Shown here: positions 13,301-28,425 of the stretch, in pieces | How positions within the stretch are numbered: the stretch's first letter is position 1 | Layout of the letters: each line of letters begins with the position of its first letter | From: Auanema rhodensis | Lineage: Eukaryota; Animalia; Nematoda | Assembly (NCBI GenBank): GCA_964057225.1 | Contig: OZ059894.1 | Coordinates: 21,018,001 to 21,082,000 of the forward strand | DNA: 64,000 nt | Reading direction: 5' to 3' | Program-made: the position numbers and the translations under genes | The notes under the pieces: model-generated | The model's input: only the letters and a program-made list of their open reading frames with translations | Told to the model about the DNA's origin: nothing | Database searches by the model: none

Positions 13301-16300
13301 AAACATTTTGACAAAAATTTTTTCGAGAAATTTCAAAATAATTTAGCAAAAAGTAGATGTTTTTAGATTCCTTTTTTCAAGGCAAAGACGATGGACAATG
13401 TTATTCAACGAAAAAATTAATTCTTCAGGGTGAAAATCGAGGATATAAGTGTGAACTTATATCAGTTGATATCTCGGTGCTTTTTTAAGCTAGCGCAAAT
13501 CTGATAACACAGATCGACGCAGCTTAAAAATCCGCATCGAATGCACTATACTACATTGAGAAACGCTTAATACAAAAATTAGTTATGATCGTTTGAAAAA
13601 TGATGCATTAGTGTATGTTGAGTTTCCATGTACACTCAACATTGCTTCCAAAAACATTTTGACAAAAATTTTTTCGAAAAATTTCAAAATAATTTAGCAA
13701 AAAGTAGATGTTTTTAGATTCCTTTTTTCAAGGCAAAGACGATGGACAATGTTATTCAACGAAAAAATTAATTCTTCAGGGTGAAAATCGAGGATATAAG
13801 TGTGAACTTATATCAGTTGATATCTCGGTGCATTTTTAAGCTAGCGCAAATCTGATAACACAGATCGACGCAGCTTAAAAATCCGCATCGAATGCACTAT
13901 ACTACATTGAGAAACGCTTAATACAAAAATTAGTTATGATCGTTTGAAAAATGATGCATTAGTGTATGTTGAGTTTCCATGTACACTCAACATTGCTTCC
14001 AAAAACATTTTGACAAAAATTTTTTCGAAAAATTTCAAAATAATTTAGCAAAAAGTAGATGTTTTTAGATTCCTTTTTTCAAGGCAAAGACGATGGACAA
14101 TGTTATTCAACGAAAAAATTAATTCTTCAGGGTGAAAATCGAGGATATAAGTGTGAACTTATATCAGTTGATATCTCGGTGCATTTTTAAGCTAGCGCAA
14201 ATCTGATAACACAGAACGACGCAGCTTAAAAATCCGCATCGAATGCACTATACTACATTGAGAAACGCTTAATACAAAAATTAGTTATGATCGTTTGAAA
14301 AATGATGCATTAGTGTATGTTGAGTTTCCATGTACACTAAACATTGCTTCCAAAAACATTTTGACAAAAATTTTTTCGAGAAATTTCAAAATAATTTAGC
14401 AAAAAGTAGATGTTTTTAGATTCCTCTTTTCAAGGCAAAGACGATGGACAATGTTATTCAACGAAAAAATTAATTCTTCAGGGTGAAAATCGAGGATATA
14501 AGTGTGAACTTATATCAGTTGATATCTCGGTGCATTTTTAAGCTAGCGCAAATCTGATAACACAGATCGACGCAGCTTAAAAATCCGCATCGAATGCACT
14601 ATACTACATTGAGAAACGCTTAATACAAAAATTAGTTATGATCGTTTGAAAAATGATGCATTAGTGTATGTTGAGTTTCCATGTACACTCAACATTGCTT
14701 CCAAAAACATTTTGACAAAAATTTTTTCGAAAAATTTCAAAATAATTTAGCAAAAAGTAGATGTTTTTAGATTCCTTTTTTCAAGGCAAAGACGATGGAC
14801 AATGTTATTCAACGAAAAAATTAATTCTTCAGGGTGAAAATCGAGGATATAAGTGTGAACTTATATCAGTTGATATCTCGGTGCATTTTTAAGCTAGCGC
14901 AAATCTGATAACACAGATCGACGCAGCTTAAAAATCCGCATCGAATGCACTATACTACATTGAGAAACGCTTAATACAAAAATTAGTTATGATCGTTTGA
15001 AAAATGATGCATTAGTGTATGTTGAGTTTCCATGTACACTCAACATTGCTTCCAAAAACATTTTGACAAAATTTTTTCGAAAAATTTCAAAATAATTCAG
15101 CAAAAAGTAGATGTTTTTAGATTCCTTTTTTCAAGGCAAAGACGATGGACAATGTTATTCAACGAAAAAATTAATTCTTCAGGGTGAAAATCGAGGATAT
15201 AAGTGTGAACTTATATCAGTTGATATCTCGGTGCATTTTTAAGCTAGCGCAAATCTGATAACACAGAACGACGCAGCTTAAAAATCGGCATCGAATGCAC
15301 TATACTACATTGAGAAACGCTTAATACAAAAATTAGTTATGATCGTTTGAAAAATGATGCATTAGTGTATGTTGAGTTTCCATGTACACTCAACATTGCT
15401 TCCAAAAACATTTTGACAAAAATTTTTTCGAGAAATTTCAAAATAATTTAGCAAAAAGTAGATGTTTTTAGATTCCTTTTTTCAAGGCAAAGACGATGGA
15501 CAATGTTATTCAACGAAAAAATTAATTCTTCAGGGTGAAAATCGAGGATATAAGTGTGAACTTATATCAGTTGATATCTCGGTGCATTTTTAAGCTAGCG
15601 CAAATCTGATAACACAGAACGACGCAGCTTAAAAATCCGCATCGAATGCACTATACTACATTGAGAAACGCTTAATACAAAAATTAGTTATGATCGTTTG
15701 AAAAATGATGCATTAGTGTATGTTGAGTTTCCATGTACACTCAACATTGCTTCCAAAAACATTTTGACAAAAATTTTTTCGAGAAATTTCAAAATAATTT
15801 AGCAAAAAGTAGATGTTTTTAGATTCCTTTTTTCAAGGCAAAGACGATGGACAATGTTATTCAACGAAAAAATTAATTCTTCAGGGTGAAAATCGAGGAT
15901 ATAAGTGTAAACTTATATCAGTTGATATCTCGGTGCATTTTTAAGCTAGCGCAAATCTGATAACACAGATCGACGCAGCTTAAAAATCCGCATCGAATGC
16001 ACTATACTACATTGAGAAACGCTTAATACAAAAATTAGTTATGATCGTTTGAAAAATGATGCATTAGTGTATGTTGAGTTTCCATGTACACTCAACATTG
16101 CTTCCAAAAACATTTTGACAAAAATTTTTTCGAAAAATTTCAAGATAATTTAGCAAAAAGTAGATGTTTTTAGATTCCTTTTTTCAAGGCAAAGACGATG
16201 GACAATGTTATTCAACGAAAAAATTAATTCTTCAGGGTGAAAATCGAGGATATAAGTGTGAACTTATATCAGTTGATATCTCGGTGCATTTTTAAGCTAG

Positions 16301-18953
16301 CTCAAATCTGATAACACAGAACGACGCAGCTTAAAAATCCGCATCGAATGCACTATACTACATTGAGAAACGCTTAATACAAAAATTAGTTATGATCGTT
16401 TGAAAAATGATGCATTAGTGTATGTTGAGTTTCCATGTACACTCAACATTGCTTCCAAAAACATTTTGACAAAAATTTTTTCGAGAAATTTCAAAATAAT
16501 TTAGCAAAAAGTAGATGTTTTTAGATTCCTTTTTTCAAGGCAAAGACGATGGACAATGTTATTCAACGAAAAAATAAATTCTTCAGGGTGAAAATCGAGG
16601 ATATAAGTGTGAACTTATATCAGTTGATATCTCGGTGCATTTTTAAGCTAGCTCAAATCTGATAACACAGAACGACGCAGCTTGAAAATCCGCATCGAAT
16701 GCACTATACTACATTGAGAAACGCTTAATACAAAAATTAGTTATGATCGTTTGAAAAATGATGCATTAGTGTATGTTGAGTTTCCATGTACACTCAACAT
16801 TGCTTCCAAAAACATTTTGACAAAAATTTTTTCGAGAAATTTCAAAATAATTTAGCAAAAAGTAGATGTTTTTAGATTCCTTTTTTCAAGGCAAAGACGA
16901 TGGACAATGTTATTCAACGAAAAAATTAATTCTTCAGGGTGAAAATCGAGGATATAAGTGTAAACTTATATCAGTTGATATCTCGGTGCATTTTTAAGCT
17001 AGCGCAAATCTGATAACACAGATCGACGCAGCTTAAAAATCCGCATCGAATGCACTATACTACATTGAGAAACGCTTAATACAAAAATTAGTTATGATCG
17101 TTTGAAAAATGATGCATTAGTGTATGTTGAGTTTCCATGTACACTCAACATTGCTTCCAAAAACATTTTGACAAAAATTTTTTCGAAAAATTTCAAAATA
17201 ATTTAGCAAAAAGTAGATGTTTTTAGATTCCTTTTTTCAAGGCAAAGACGATGGACAATGTTATTCAACGAAAAAATTAATTCTTCAGGGTGAAAATCGA
17301 GGATATAAGTGTGAACTTATATCAGTTGATATCTCGGTGCATTTTTAAGCTAGCTCAAATCTGATAACACAGAACGACGCAGCTTAAAAATCCGCATCGA
17401 ATGCACTATACTACATTGAGAAACGCTTAATACAAAAATTAGTTATGATCGTTTGAAAAATGATGCATTAGTGTATGTTGAGTTTCCATGTACACTCAAC
17501 ATTGCTTCCAAAAACATTTTGACAAAAATTTTTTCGAGAAATTTCAAAATAATTTAGCAAAAAGTAGATGTTTTTAGATTCCTTTTTTCAAGGCAAAGAC
17601 GATGGACAATGTTATTCAACGAAAAAATTAATTCTTCAGGGTGAAAATCGAGGATATAAGTGTGAACTTATATCAGTTGATATCTCGGTGCATTTTTAAG
17701 CTAGCGCAAATCTGATAACACAGATCGACGCAGCTTAAAAATCCGCATCGAATGCACTATACTACATTGAGAAACGCTTAATACAAAAATTAGTTATGAT
17801 CGTTTGAAAAATGATGCATTAGTGTATGTTGAGTTTCCATGTACACTCAACATTGCTTCCAAAAACATTTTGACAAAAATTTTTTCGAAAAATTTCAAAA
17901 TAATTTAGCAAAAAGTAGATGTTTTTAGATTCCTTTTTTCAAGGCAAAGACGATGGACAATGTTATTCAACGAAAAAATTAATTCTTCAGGGTGAAAATC
18001 GAGGATATAAGTGTGAACTTATATCAGTTGATATCTCGGTGCATTTTTAAGCTAGCGCAAATCTGATAACACAGATCGACGCAGCTTAAAAATCCGCATC
18101 GAATGCACTATACTACATTGAGAAACGCTTAATACAAAAATTAGTTATGATCGTTTGAAAAATGATGCATTAGTGTATGTTGAGTTTCCATGTACACTCA
18201 ACATTGCTTCCAAAAACATTTTGACAAAAATTTTTTCGAGAAATTTCAAAATAATTTAGCAAAAAGTAGATGTTTTTAGATTCCTTTTTTCAAGGCAAAG
18301 ACGATGGACAATGTTATTCAACGAAAAAATTAATTCTTCAGGGTGAAAATCGAGGATATAAGTGTGAACTTATATCAGTTGATATCTCGGTGCATTTTTA
18401 AGCTAGCGCAAATCTGATAACACAGATCGACGCAGCTTAAAAATCCGCATCGAATGCACTATACTACATTGAGAAACGCTTAATACAAAAATTAGTTATG
18501 ATCGTTTGAAAAATGATGCATTAGTGTATGTTGAGTTTCCATGTACACTCAACATTGCTTCCAAAAACATTTTGACAAAAATTTTTTCGAAAAATTTCAA
18601 AATAATTTAGCAAAAAGTAGATGTTTTTAGATTCCTTTTTTCAAGGCAAAGACGATGGACAATGTTATTCAACGAAAAAATTAATTCTTCAGGGTGAAAA
18701 TCGAGGATATAAGTGTGAACTTATATCAGTTGATATCTCGGTGCATTTTTAAGCTAGCGCAAATCTGATAACACAGATCGACGCAGCTTAAAAATCCGCA
18801 TCGAATGCACTATACTACATTGAGAAACGCTTAATACAAAAATTAGTTATGATCGTTTGAAAAATGATGCATTAGTGTATGTTGAGTTTCCATGTACACT
18901 CAACATTGCTTCCAAAAACATTTTGACAAAAATTTTTTCGAAAAATTTCAAAA

Positions 18954-21900
18954 TAATTTAGCAAAAAGTAGATGTTTTTAGATTCCTTTTTTCAAGGCAA
19001 AGACGATGGACAATGTTATTCAACGAAAAAATTAATTCTTCAGGGTGAAAATCGAGGATATAAGTGTGAACTTATATCAGTTGATATCTCGGTGCATTTT
19101 TAAGCTAGCGCAAATCTGATAACACAGAACGACGCAGCTTAAAAATCCGCATCGAATGCACTATACTACATTGAGAAACGCTTATACAAAAATTAGTTAT
19201 GATCGTTTGAAAAATGATGCATTAGTGTATGTTGAGTTTCCATGTACACTCAACATTGCTTCCAAAAACATTTTGACAAAAATTTTTTCGAGAAATTTCA
19301 AAATAATTTAGCAAAAAGTAGATGTTTTTAGATTCCTTTTTTCAAGGCAAAGACGATGGACAATGTTATTCAACGAAAAAATTAATTCTTCAGGGTGAAA
19401 ATCGAGGATATAAGTGTGAACTTATATCAGTTGATATCTCGGTGCATTTTTAAGCTAGCGCAAATCTGATAACACAGATCGAGGCAGCTTAAAAATCCGC
19501 ATCGAATGCACTATACTTCATTGAGAAACGCTTAATACAAAAATTAGTTATGATCGTTTGAAAAATGATGCATTAGTGTATGTTGAGTTTCCATGTACAC
19601 TCAACATTGCTTCCAAAAACATTTTGACAAAAATTTTTTCGAAAAATTTCAAAATAATTTAGCAAAAAGTAGATGTTTTTAGATTCCTTTTTTCAAGGCA
19701 AAGACGATGGACAATGTTATTCAATGAAAAAATTAATTCTTCAGGGTGAAAATCGAGGATATAAGTGTGAACTTATATCAGTTGATATCTCGGTGCATTT
19801 TTAAGCTAGCGCAAATCTGATAACACAGAACGACGCAGCTTAAAAATCCGCATCGAATGCACTATACTACATTGAGAAACGCTTATACAAAAATTAGTTA
19901 TGATCGTTTGAAAAATGATGCATTAGTGTATGTTGAGTTTCCATGTACACTCAACATTGCTTCCAAAAACATTTTGACAAAAATTTTTTCGAGAAATTTC
20001 AAAATAATTTAGCAAAAAGTAGATGTTTTTAGATTCCTTTTTTCAAGGCAAAGACGATGGACAATGTTATTCAACGAAAAAATAAATTCTTCAGGGTGAA
20101 AATCGAGGATATAAGTGTGAACTTATATCAGTTGATATCTCGGTGCATTTTTAAGCTAGCGCAAATCTGATAACACAGATCGACGCAGCTTAAAAATCCG
20201 CATCGAATGCACTATACTACATTGAGAAACGCTTAATACAAAAATTAGTTATGATCGTTTGAAAAATGATGCATTAGTGTATGTTGAGTTTCCATGTACA
20301 CTCAACATTGCTTCCAAAAACATTTTGACAAAAATTTTTTCGAAAAATTTCAAAATAATTTAGCAAAAAGTAGATGTTTTTAGATTCCTTTTTTCAAGGC
20401 AAAGACGATGGACAATGTTATTCAACGAAAAAATTAATTCTTCAGGGTGAAAATCGAGGATATAAGTGTGAACTTATATCAGTTGATATCTCGGTGCATT
20501 TTTAAGCTAGCGCAAATCTGATAACACAGAACGACGCAGCTTAAAAATCCGCATCGAATGCACTATACTACATTGAGAAACGCTTATACAAAAATTAGTT
20601 ATGATCGTTTGAAAAATGATGCATTAGTGTATGTTGAGTTTCCATGTACACTCAACATTGCTTCCAAAAACATTTTGACAAAAATTTTTTCGAGAAATTT
20701 CAAAATAATTTAGCAAAAAGTAGATGTTTTTAGATTCCTTTTTTCAAGGCAAAGACGATGGACAATGTTATTCAACGAAAAAATAAATTCTTCAGGGTGA
20801 AAATCGAGGATATAAGTGTGAACTTATATCAGTTGATATCTCGGTGCATTTTTAAGCTAGCGCAAATCTGATAACACAGATCGACGCAGCTTAAAAATCC
20901 GCATCGAATGCACTATACTACATTGAGAAACGCTTAATACAAAAATTAGTTATGATCGTTTGAAAAATGATGCATTAGTGTATGTTGAGTTTCCATGTAC
21001 ACTCAACATTGCTTCCAAAAACATTTTGACAAAAATTTTTTCGAAAAATTTCAAAATAATTTAGCAAAAAGTAGATGTTTTTAGATTCCTTTTTTCAAGG
21101 CAAAGACGATGGACAATGTTATTCAACGAAAAAATTAATTCTTCAGGGTGAAAATCGAGGATATAAGTGTGAACTTATATCAGTTGATATCTCGGTGCAT
21201 TTTTAAGCTAGCGCAAATCTGATAACACAGAACGACGCAGCTTAAAAATCCGCATCGAATGCACTATACTACATTGAGAAACGCTTATACAAAAATTAGT
21301 TATGATCGTTTGAAAAATGATGCATTAGTGTATGTTGAGTTTCCATGTACACTCAACATTGCTTCCAAAAACATTTTGACAAAAATTTTTTCGAGAAATT
21401 TCAAAATAATTTAGCAAAAAGTAGATGTTTTTAGATTCCTTTTTTCAAGGCAAAGACGATGGACAATGTTATTCAACGAAAAAATTAATTCTTCAGGGTG
21501 AAAATCGAGGATATAAGTGTGAACTTATATCAGTTGATATCTCGGTGCATTTTTAAGCTAGCGCAAATCTGATAACACAGATCGAGGCAGCTTAAAAATC
21601 CGCATCGAATGCACTATACTACATTGAGAAACGCTTAATACAAAAATTAGTTATGATCGTTTGAAAAATGATGCATTAGTGTATGTTGAGTTTCCATGTA
21701 CACTCAACATTGCTTCCAAAAACATTTTGACAAAAATTTTTTCGAAAAATTTCAAAATAATTTAGCAAAAAGTAGATGTTTTTAGATTCCTTTTTTCAAG
21801 GCAAAGACGATGGACAATGTTATTCAATGAAAAAATTAATTCTTCAGGGTGAAAATCGAGGATATAAGTGTGAACTTATATCAGTTGATATCTCGGTGCA

Positions 21901-22458
21901 TTTTTAAGCTAGCGCAAATCTGATAACACAGAACGACGCAGCTTAAAAATCCGCATCGAATGCACTATACTACATTGAGAAACGCTTATACAAAAATTAG
22001 TTATGATCGTTTGAAAAATGATGCATTAGTGTATGTTGAGTTTCCATGTACACTCAACATTGCTTCCAAAAACATTTTGACAAAAATTTTTTCGAGAAAT
22101 TTCAAAATAATTTAGCAAAAAGTAGATGTTTTTAGATTCCTTTTTTCAAGGCAAAGACGATGGACAATGTTATTCAACGAAAAAATAAATTCTTCAGGGT
22201 GAAAATCGAGGATATAAGTGTGAACTTATATCAGTTGATATCTCGGTGCATTTTTAAGCTAGCGCAAATCTGATAACACAGATCGACGCAGCTTAAAAAT
22301 CCGCATCGAATGCACTATACTACATTGAGAAACGCTTAATACAAAAATTAGTTATGATCGTTTGAAAAATGATGCATTAGTGTATGTTGAGTTTCCATGT
22401 ACACTCAACATTGCTTCCAAAAACATTTTGACAAAAATTTTTTCGAAAAATTTCAAAA
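18954..22458 (+). repeat. 701-bp dimer higher-order repeat x5 (350+351), with nested 2103-bp duplication
   Basis: The CTTAATAC to CTTATAC deletion recurs every 701 bp. Variants at 19483/21586 and 19725/21828 recur at +2103. Confidence 0.93.
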
Positions 22459-25266
22459 TAATTTAGCAAAAAGTAGATGTTTTTAGATTCCTTTTTTCAA
22501 GGCAAAGACGATGGACAATGTTATTCAACGAAAAAATTAATTCTTCAGGGTGAAAATCGAGGATATAAGTGTGAACTTATATCAGTTGATATCTCGGTGC
22601 ATTTTTAAGCTAGCGCAAATCTGATAACACAGATCGACGCAGCTTAAGAATCCGCATCGAATGCACTATACTACATTGAGAAACGCTTAATACAAAAATT
22701 AGTTATGATCGTTTGAAAAATGATGCATTAGTGTATGTTGAGTTTCCATGTACACTCAACATTGCTTCCAAAAACATTTTGACAAAAATTTTTTCGAGAA
22801 ATTTCAAAATAATTTAGCAAAAAGTAGATGTTTTTAGATTCCTTTTTTCAAGGCAAAGACGATGGACAATGTTATTCAACGAAAAAATAAATTCTTCAGG
22901 GTGAAAATCGAGGATATAAGTGTGAACTTATATCAGTTGATATCTCGGTGCATTTTTAAGCTAGCGCAAATCTGATAACACAGATCGACGCAGCTTAAAA
23001 ATCCGCATCGAATGCACTATACTACATTGAGAAACGCTTAATACAAAAATTAGTTATGATCGTTTGAAAAATGATGCATTAGTGTATGTTGAGTTTCCAT
23101 GTACACTCAACATTGCTTCCAAAAACATTTTGACAAAAATTTTTTCGAAAAATTTCAAAATAATTTAGCAAAAAGTAGATGTTTTTAGATTCCTTTTTTC
23201 AAGGCAAAGACGATGGACAATGTTATTCAACGAAAAAATTAATTCTTCAGGGTGAAAATCGAGGATATAAGTGTGAACTTATATCAGTTGATATCTCGGT
23301 GCATTTTTAAGCTAGCGCAAATCTGATAACACAGAACGACGCAGCTTAAAAATCCGCATCGAATGCACTATACTACATTGAGAAACGCTTAATACAAAAA
23401 TTAGTTATGATCGTTTGAAAAATGATGCATTAGTGTATGTTGAGTTTCCATGTACACTCAACATTGCTTCCAAAAACATTTTGACAAAAATTTTTTCGAG
23501 AAATTTCAAAATAATTTAGCAAAAAGTAGATGTTTTTAGATTCCTTTTTTCAAGGCAAAGACGATGGACAATGTTATTCAACGAAAAAATTAATTCTTCA
23601 GGGTGAAAATCGAGGATATAAGTGTGAACTTATATCAGTTGATATCTCGGTGCATTTTTAAGCTAGCGCAAATCTGATAACACAGATCGACGCAGCTTAA
23701 AAATCCGCATCGAATGCACTATACTACATTGAGAAACGCTTAATACAAAAATTAGTTATGATCGTTTGAAAAATGATGCATTAGTGTATGTTGAGTTTCC
23801 ATGTACACTCAACATTGCTTCCAAAAACATTTTGACAAAAATTTTTTCGAAAAATTTCAAAATAATTTAGCAAAAAGTAGATGTTTTTAGATTCCTTTTT
23901 TCAAGGCAAAGACGATGGACAATGTTATTCAACGAAAAAATTAATTCTTCAGGGTGAAAATCGAGGATATAAGTGTGAACTTATATCAGTTGATATCTCG
24001 GTGCATTTTTAAGCTAGCGCAAATCTGATAACACAGATCGACGCAGCTTAAGAATCCGCATCGAATGCACTATACTACATTGAGAAACGCTTAATACAAA
24101 AATTAGTTATGATCGTTTGAAAAATGATGCATTAGTGTATGTTGAGTTTCCATGTACACTCAACATTGCTTCCAAAAACATTTTGACAAAAATTTTTTCG
24201 AGAAATTTCAAAATAATTTAGCAAAAAGTAGATGTTTTTAGATTCCTTTTTTCAAGGCAAAGACGATGGACAATGTTATTCAACGAAAAAATAAATTCTT
24301 CAGGGTGAAAATCGAGGATATAAGTGTGAACTTATATCAGTTGATATCTCGGTGCATTTTTAAGCTAGCGCAAATCTGATAACACAGATCGACGCAGCTT
24401 AAAAATCCGCATCGAATGCACTATACTACATTGAGAAACGCTTAATACAAAAATTAGTTATGATCGTTTGAAAAATGATGCATTAGTGTATGTTGAGTTT
24501 CCATGTACACTCAACATTGCTTCCAAAAACATTTTGACAAAAATTTTTTCGAAAAATTTCAAAATAATTTAGCAAAAAGTAGATGTTTTTAGATTCCTTT
24601 TTTCAAGGCAAAGACGATGGACAATGTTATTCAACGAAAAAATTAATTCTTCAGGGTGAAAATCGAGGATATAAGTGTGAACTTATATCAGTTGATATCT
24701 CGGTGCATTTTTAAGCTAGCGCAAATCTGATAACACAGAACGACGCAGCTTAAAAATCCGCATCGAATGCACTATACTACATTGAGAAACGCTTAATACA
24801 AAAATTAGTTATGATCGTTTGAAAAATGATGCATTAGTGTATGTTGAGTTTCCATGTACACTCAACATTGCTTCCAAAAACATTTTGACAAAAATTTTTT
24901 CGAGAAATTTCAAAATAATTTAGCAAAAAGTAGATGTTTTTAGATTCCTTTTTTCAAGGCAAAGACGATGGACAATGTTATTCAACGAAAAAATTAATTC
25001 TTCAGGGTGAAAATCGAGGATATAAGTGTGAACTTATATCAGTTGATATCTCGGTGCATTTTTAAGCTAGCGCAAATCTGATAACACAGATCGACGCAGC
25101 TTAAAAATCCGCATCGAATGCACTATACTACATTGAGAAACGCTTAATACAAAAATTAGTTATGATCGTTTGAAAAATGATGCATTAGTGTATGTTGAGT
25201 TTCCATGTACACTCAACATTGCTTCCAAAAACATTTTGACAAAAATTTTTTCGAAAAATTTCAAAA
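22459..25266 (+). repeat. 4-monomer (1404 bp) tandem duplication
   Basis: Variants at 22648/24052 and 22889/24293 recur at +1404. Confidence 0.88.
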
Positions 25267-28200
25267 TAATTTAGCAAAAAGTAGATGTTTTTAGATTCCT
25301 TTTTTCAAGGCAAAGACGATGGACAATGTTATTCAACGAAAAAATTAATTCTTCAGGGTGAAAATCGAGGATATAAGTGTGAACTTATATCAGTTGATAT
25401 CTCGGTGCATTTTTAAGCTAGCGCAAATCTGATAACACAGATCGACGCAGCTTAAAAATCCGCATCAAATGCACTATACTACATTGAGAAACGCTTAATA
25501 CAAAAATTAGTTATGATCGTTTGAAAAATGATGCATTAGTGTATGTTGAGTTTCCATGTACACTCAACATTGCTTCCAAAAACATTTTGACAAAAATTTT
25601 TTCGAAAAATTTCAAAATAATTTAGCAAAAAGTAGATGTTTTTAGATTCCTTTTTTCAAGGCAAAGACGATGGACAATGTTATTCAACGAAAAAATTAAT
25701 TCTTCAGGGTGAAAATCGAGGATATAAGTGTGAACTTATATCAGTTGATATCTCGGTGCATTTTTAAGCTAGCGCAAATCTGATAACACAGAACGACGCA
25801 GCTTAAAAATCCGCATCGAATGCACTATACTACATTGAGAAACGCTTAATACAAAAATTAGTTATGATCGTTTGAAAAATGATGCATTAGTGTATGTTGA
25901 GTTTCCATGTACACTCAACATTGCTTCCAAAAACATTTTGACAAAAATTTTTTCGAGAAATTTCAAAATAATTTAGCAAAAAGTAGATGTTTTTAGATTC
26001 CTTTTTTCAAGGCAAAGACGATGGACAATGTTATTCAACGAAAAAATTAATTCTTCAGGGTGAAAATCGAGGATATAAGTGTGAACTTATATCAGTTGAT
26101 ATCTCGGTGCATTTTCAAGCTAGCGCAAATCTGATAACACAGATCGACGCAGCTTAAAAATCCGCATCGAATGCACTATACTACATTGAGAAACGCTTAA
26201 TACAAAAATTAGTTATGATCGTTTGAAAAATGATGCATTAGTGTATGTTGAGTTTCCATGTACACTCAACATTGCTTCCAAAAACATTTTGACAAAAATT
26301 TTTTCGAAAAATTTCAAAATAATTTAGCAAAAAGTAGATGTTTTTAGATTCCTTTTTTCAAGGCAAAGACGATGGACAATGTTATTCAACGAAAAAATTA
26401 ATTCTTCAGGGTGAAAATCGAGGATATAAGTGTGAACTTATATCAGTTGATATCTCGGTGCATTTTTAAGCTAGCGCAAATCTGATAACACAGAACGACG
26501 CAGCTTAAAAATCCGCATCGAATGCACTATACTACATTGAGAAACGCTTAATACAAAAATTAGTTATGATCGTTTGAAAAATGATGCATTAGTGTATGTT
26601 GAGTTTCCATGTACACTCAACATTGCTTCCAAAAACATTTTGACAAAAATTTTTTCGAGAAATTTCAAAATAATTTAGCAAAAAGTAGATGTTTTTAGAT
26701 TCCTTTTTTCAAGGCAAAGACGATGGACCATGTTATTCAACGAAAAAATTAATTCTTCAGGGTGAAAATCGAGGATATAAGTGTGAACTTATATCAGTTG
26801 ATATCTCGGTGCATTTTTAAGCTAGCGCAAATCTGATAACACAGATCGACGCAGCTTAAAAATCCGCATCGAATGCACTATACTACATTGAGAAACGCTT
26901 AATACAAAAATTAGTTATGATCGTTTGAAAAATGATGCATTAGTGTATGTTGAGTTTCCATGTACACTCAACATTGCTTCCAAAAACATTTTGACAAAAA
27001 TTTTTTCGAAAAATTTCAAAATAATTTAGCAAAAAGTAGATGTTTTTAGATTCCTTTTTTCAAGGCAAAGACGATGGACAATGTTATTCAACGAAAAAAT
27101 TAATTCTTCAGGGTGAAAATCGAGGATATAAGTGTGAACTTATATCAGTTGATATCTCGGTGCATTTTTAAGCTAGCGCAAATCTGATAACACAGATCGA
27201 CGCAGCTTAAAAATCCGCATCGAATGCACTATACTACATTGAGAAACGCTTAATACAAAAATTAGTTATGATCGTTTGAAAAATGATGCATTAGTGTATG
27301 TTGAGTTTCCATGTACACTCAACATTGCTTCCAAAAACATTTTGACAAAAATTTTTTCGAAAAATTTCAAAATAATTTAGCAAAAAGTAGATGTTTTTAG
27401 ATTCCTTTTTTCAAGGCAAAGACGATGGACAATGTTATTCAACGAAAAAATTAATTCTTCAGGGTGAAAATCGAGGATATAAGTGTGAACTTATATCAGT
27501 TGATATCTCGGTGCATTTTTAAGCTAGCGCAAATCTGATAACACAGAACGACGCAGCTTAAAAATCCGCATCGAATGCACTATACTACATTGAGAAACGC
27601 TTAATACAAAAATTAGTTATGATCGTTTGAAAAATGATGCATTAGTGTATGTTGAGTTTCCATGTACACTCAACATTGCTTCCAAAAACATTTTGACAAA
27701 AATTTTTTCGAGAAATTTCAAAATAATTTAGCAAAAAGTAGATGTTTTTAGATTCCATTTTTCAAGGCAAAGACGATGGACAATGTTATTCAACGAAAAA
27801 ATTAATTCTTCAGGGTGAAAATCGAGGATATAAGTGTGAACTTATATCAGTTGATATCTCGGTGCATTTTTAAGCTAGCGCAAATCTGATAACACAGATC
27901 GACGCAGCTTAAAAATCCGCATCGAATGCACTATACTACATTGAGAAACGCTTAATACAAAAATTAGTTATGATCGTTTGAAAAATGATGCATTAGTGTA
28001 TGTTGAGTTTCCATGTACACTCAACATTGCTTCCAAAAACATTTTGACAAAAATTTTTTCGAAAAATTTCAAAATAATTTAGCAAAAAGTAGATGTTTTT
28101 AGATTCCTTTTTTCAAGGCAAAGACGATGGACAATGTTATTCAACGAAAAAATTAATTCTTCAGGGTGAAAATCGAGGATATAAGTGTGAACTTATATCA

Positions 28201-28425
28201 GTTGATATCTCGGTGCATTTTTAAGCTAGCGCAAATCTGATAACACAGATCGACGCAGCTTAAAAATCCGCATCGAATGCACTATACTACATTGAGAAAC
28301 GCTTAATACAAAAATTAGTTATGATCGTTTGAAAAATGATGCATTAGTGTATGTTGAGTTTCCATGTACACTCAACATTGCTTCCAAAAACATTTTGACA
28401 AAAATTTTTTCGAAAAATTTCAAAA

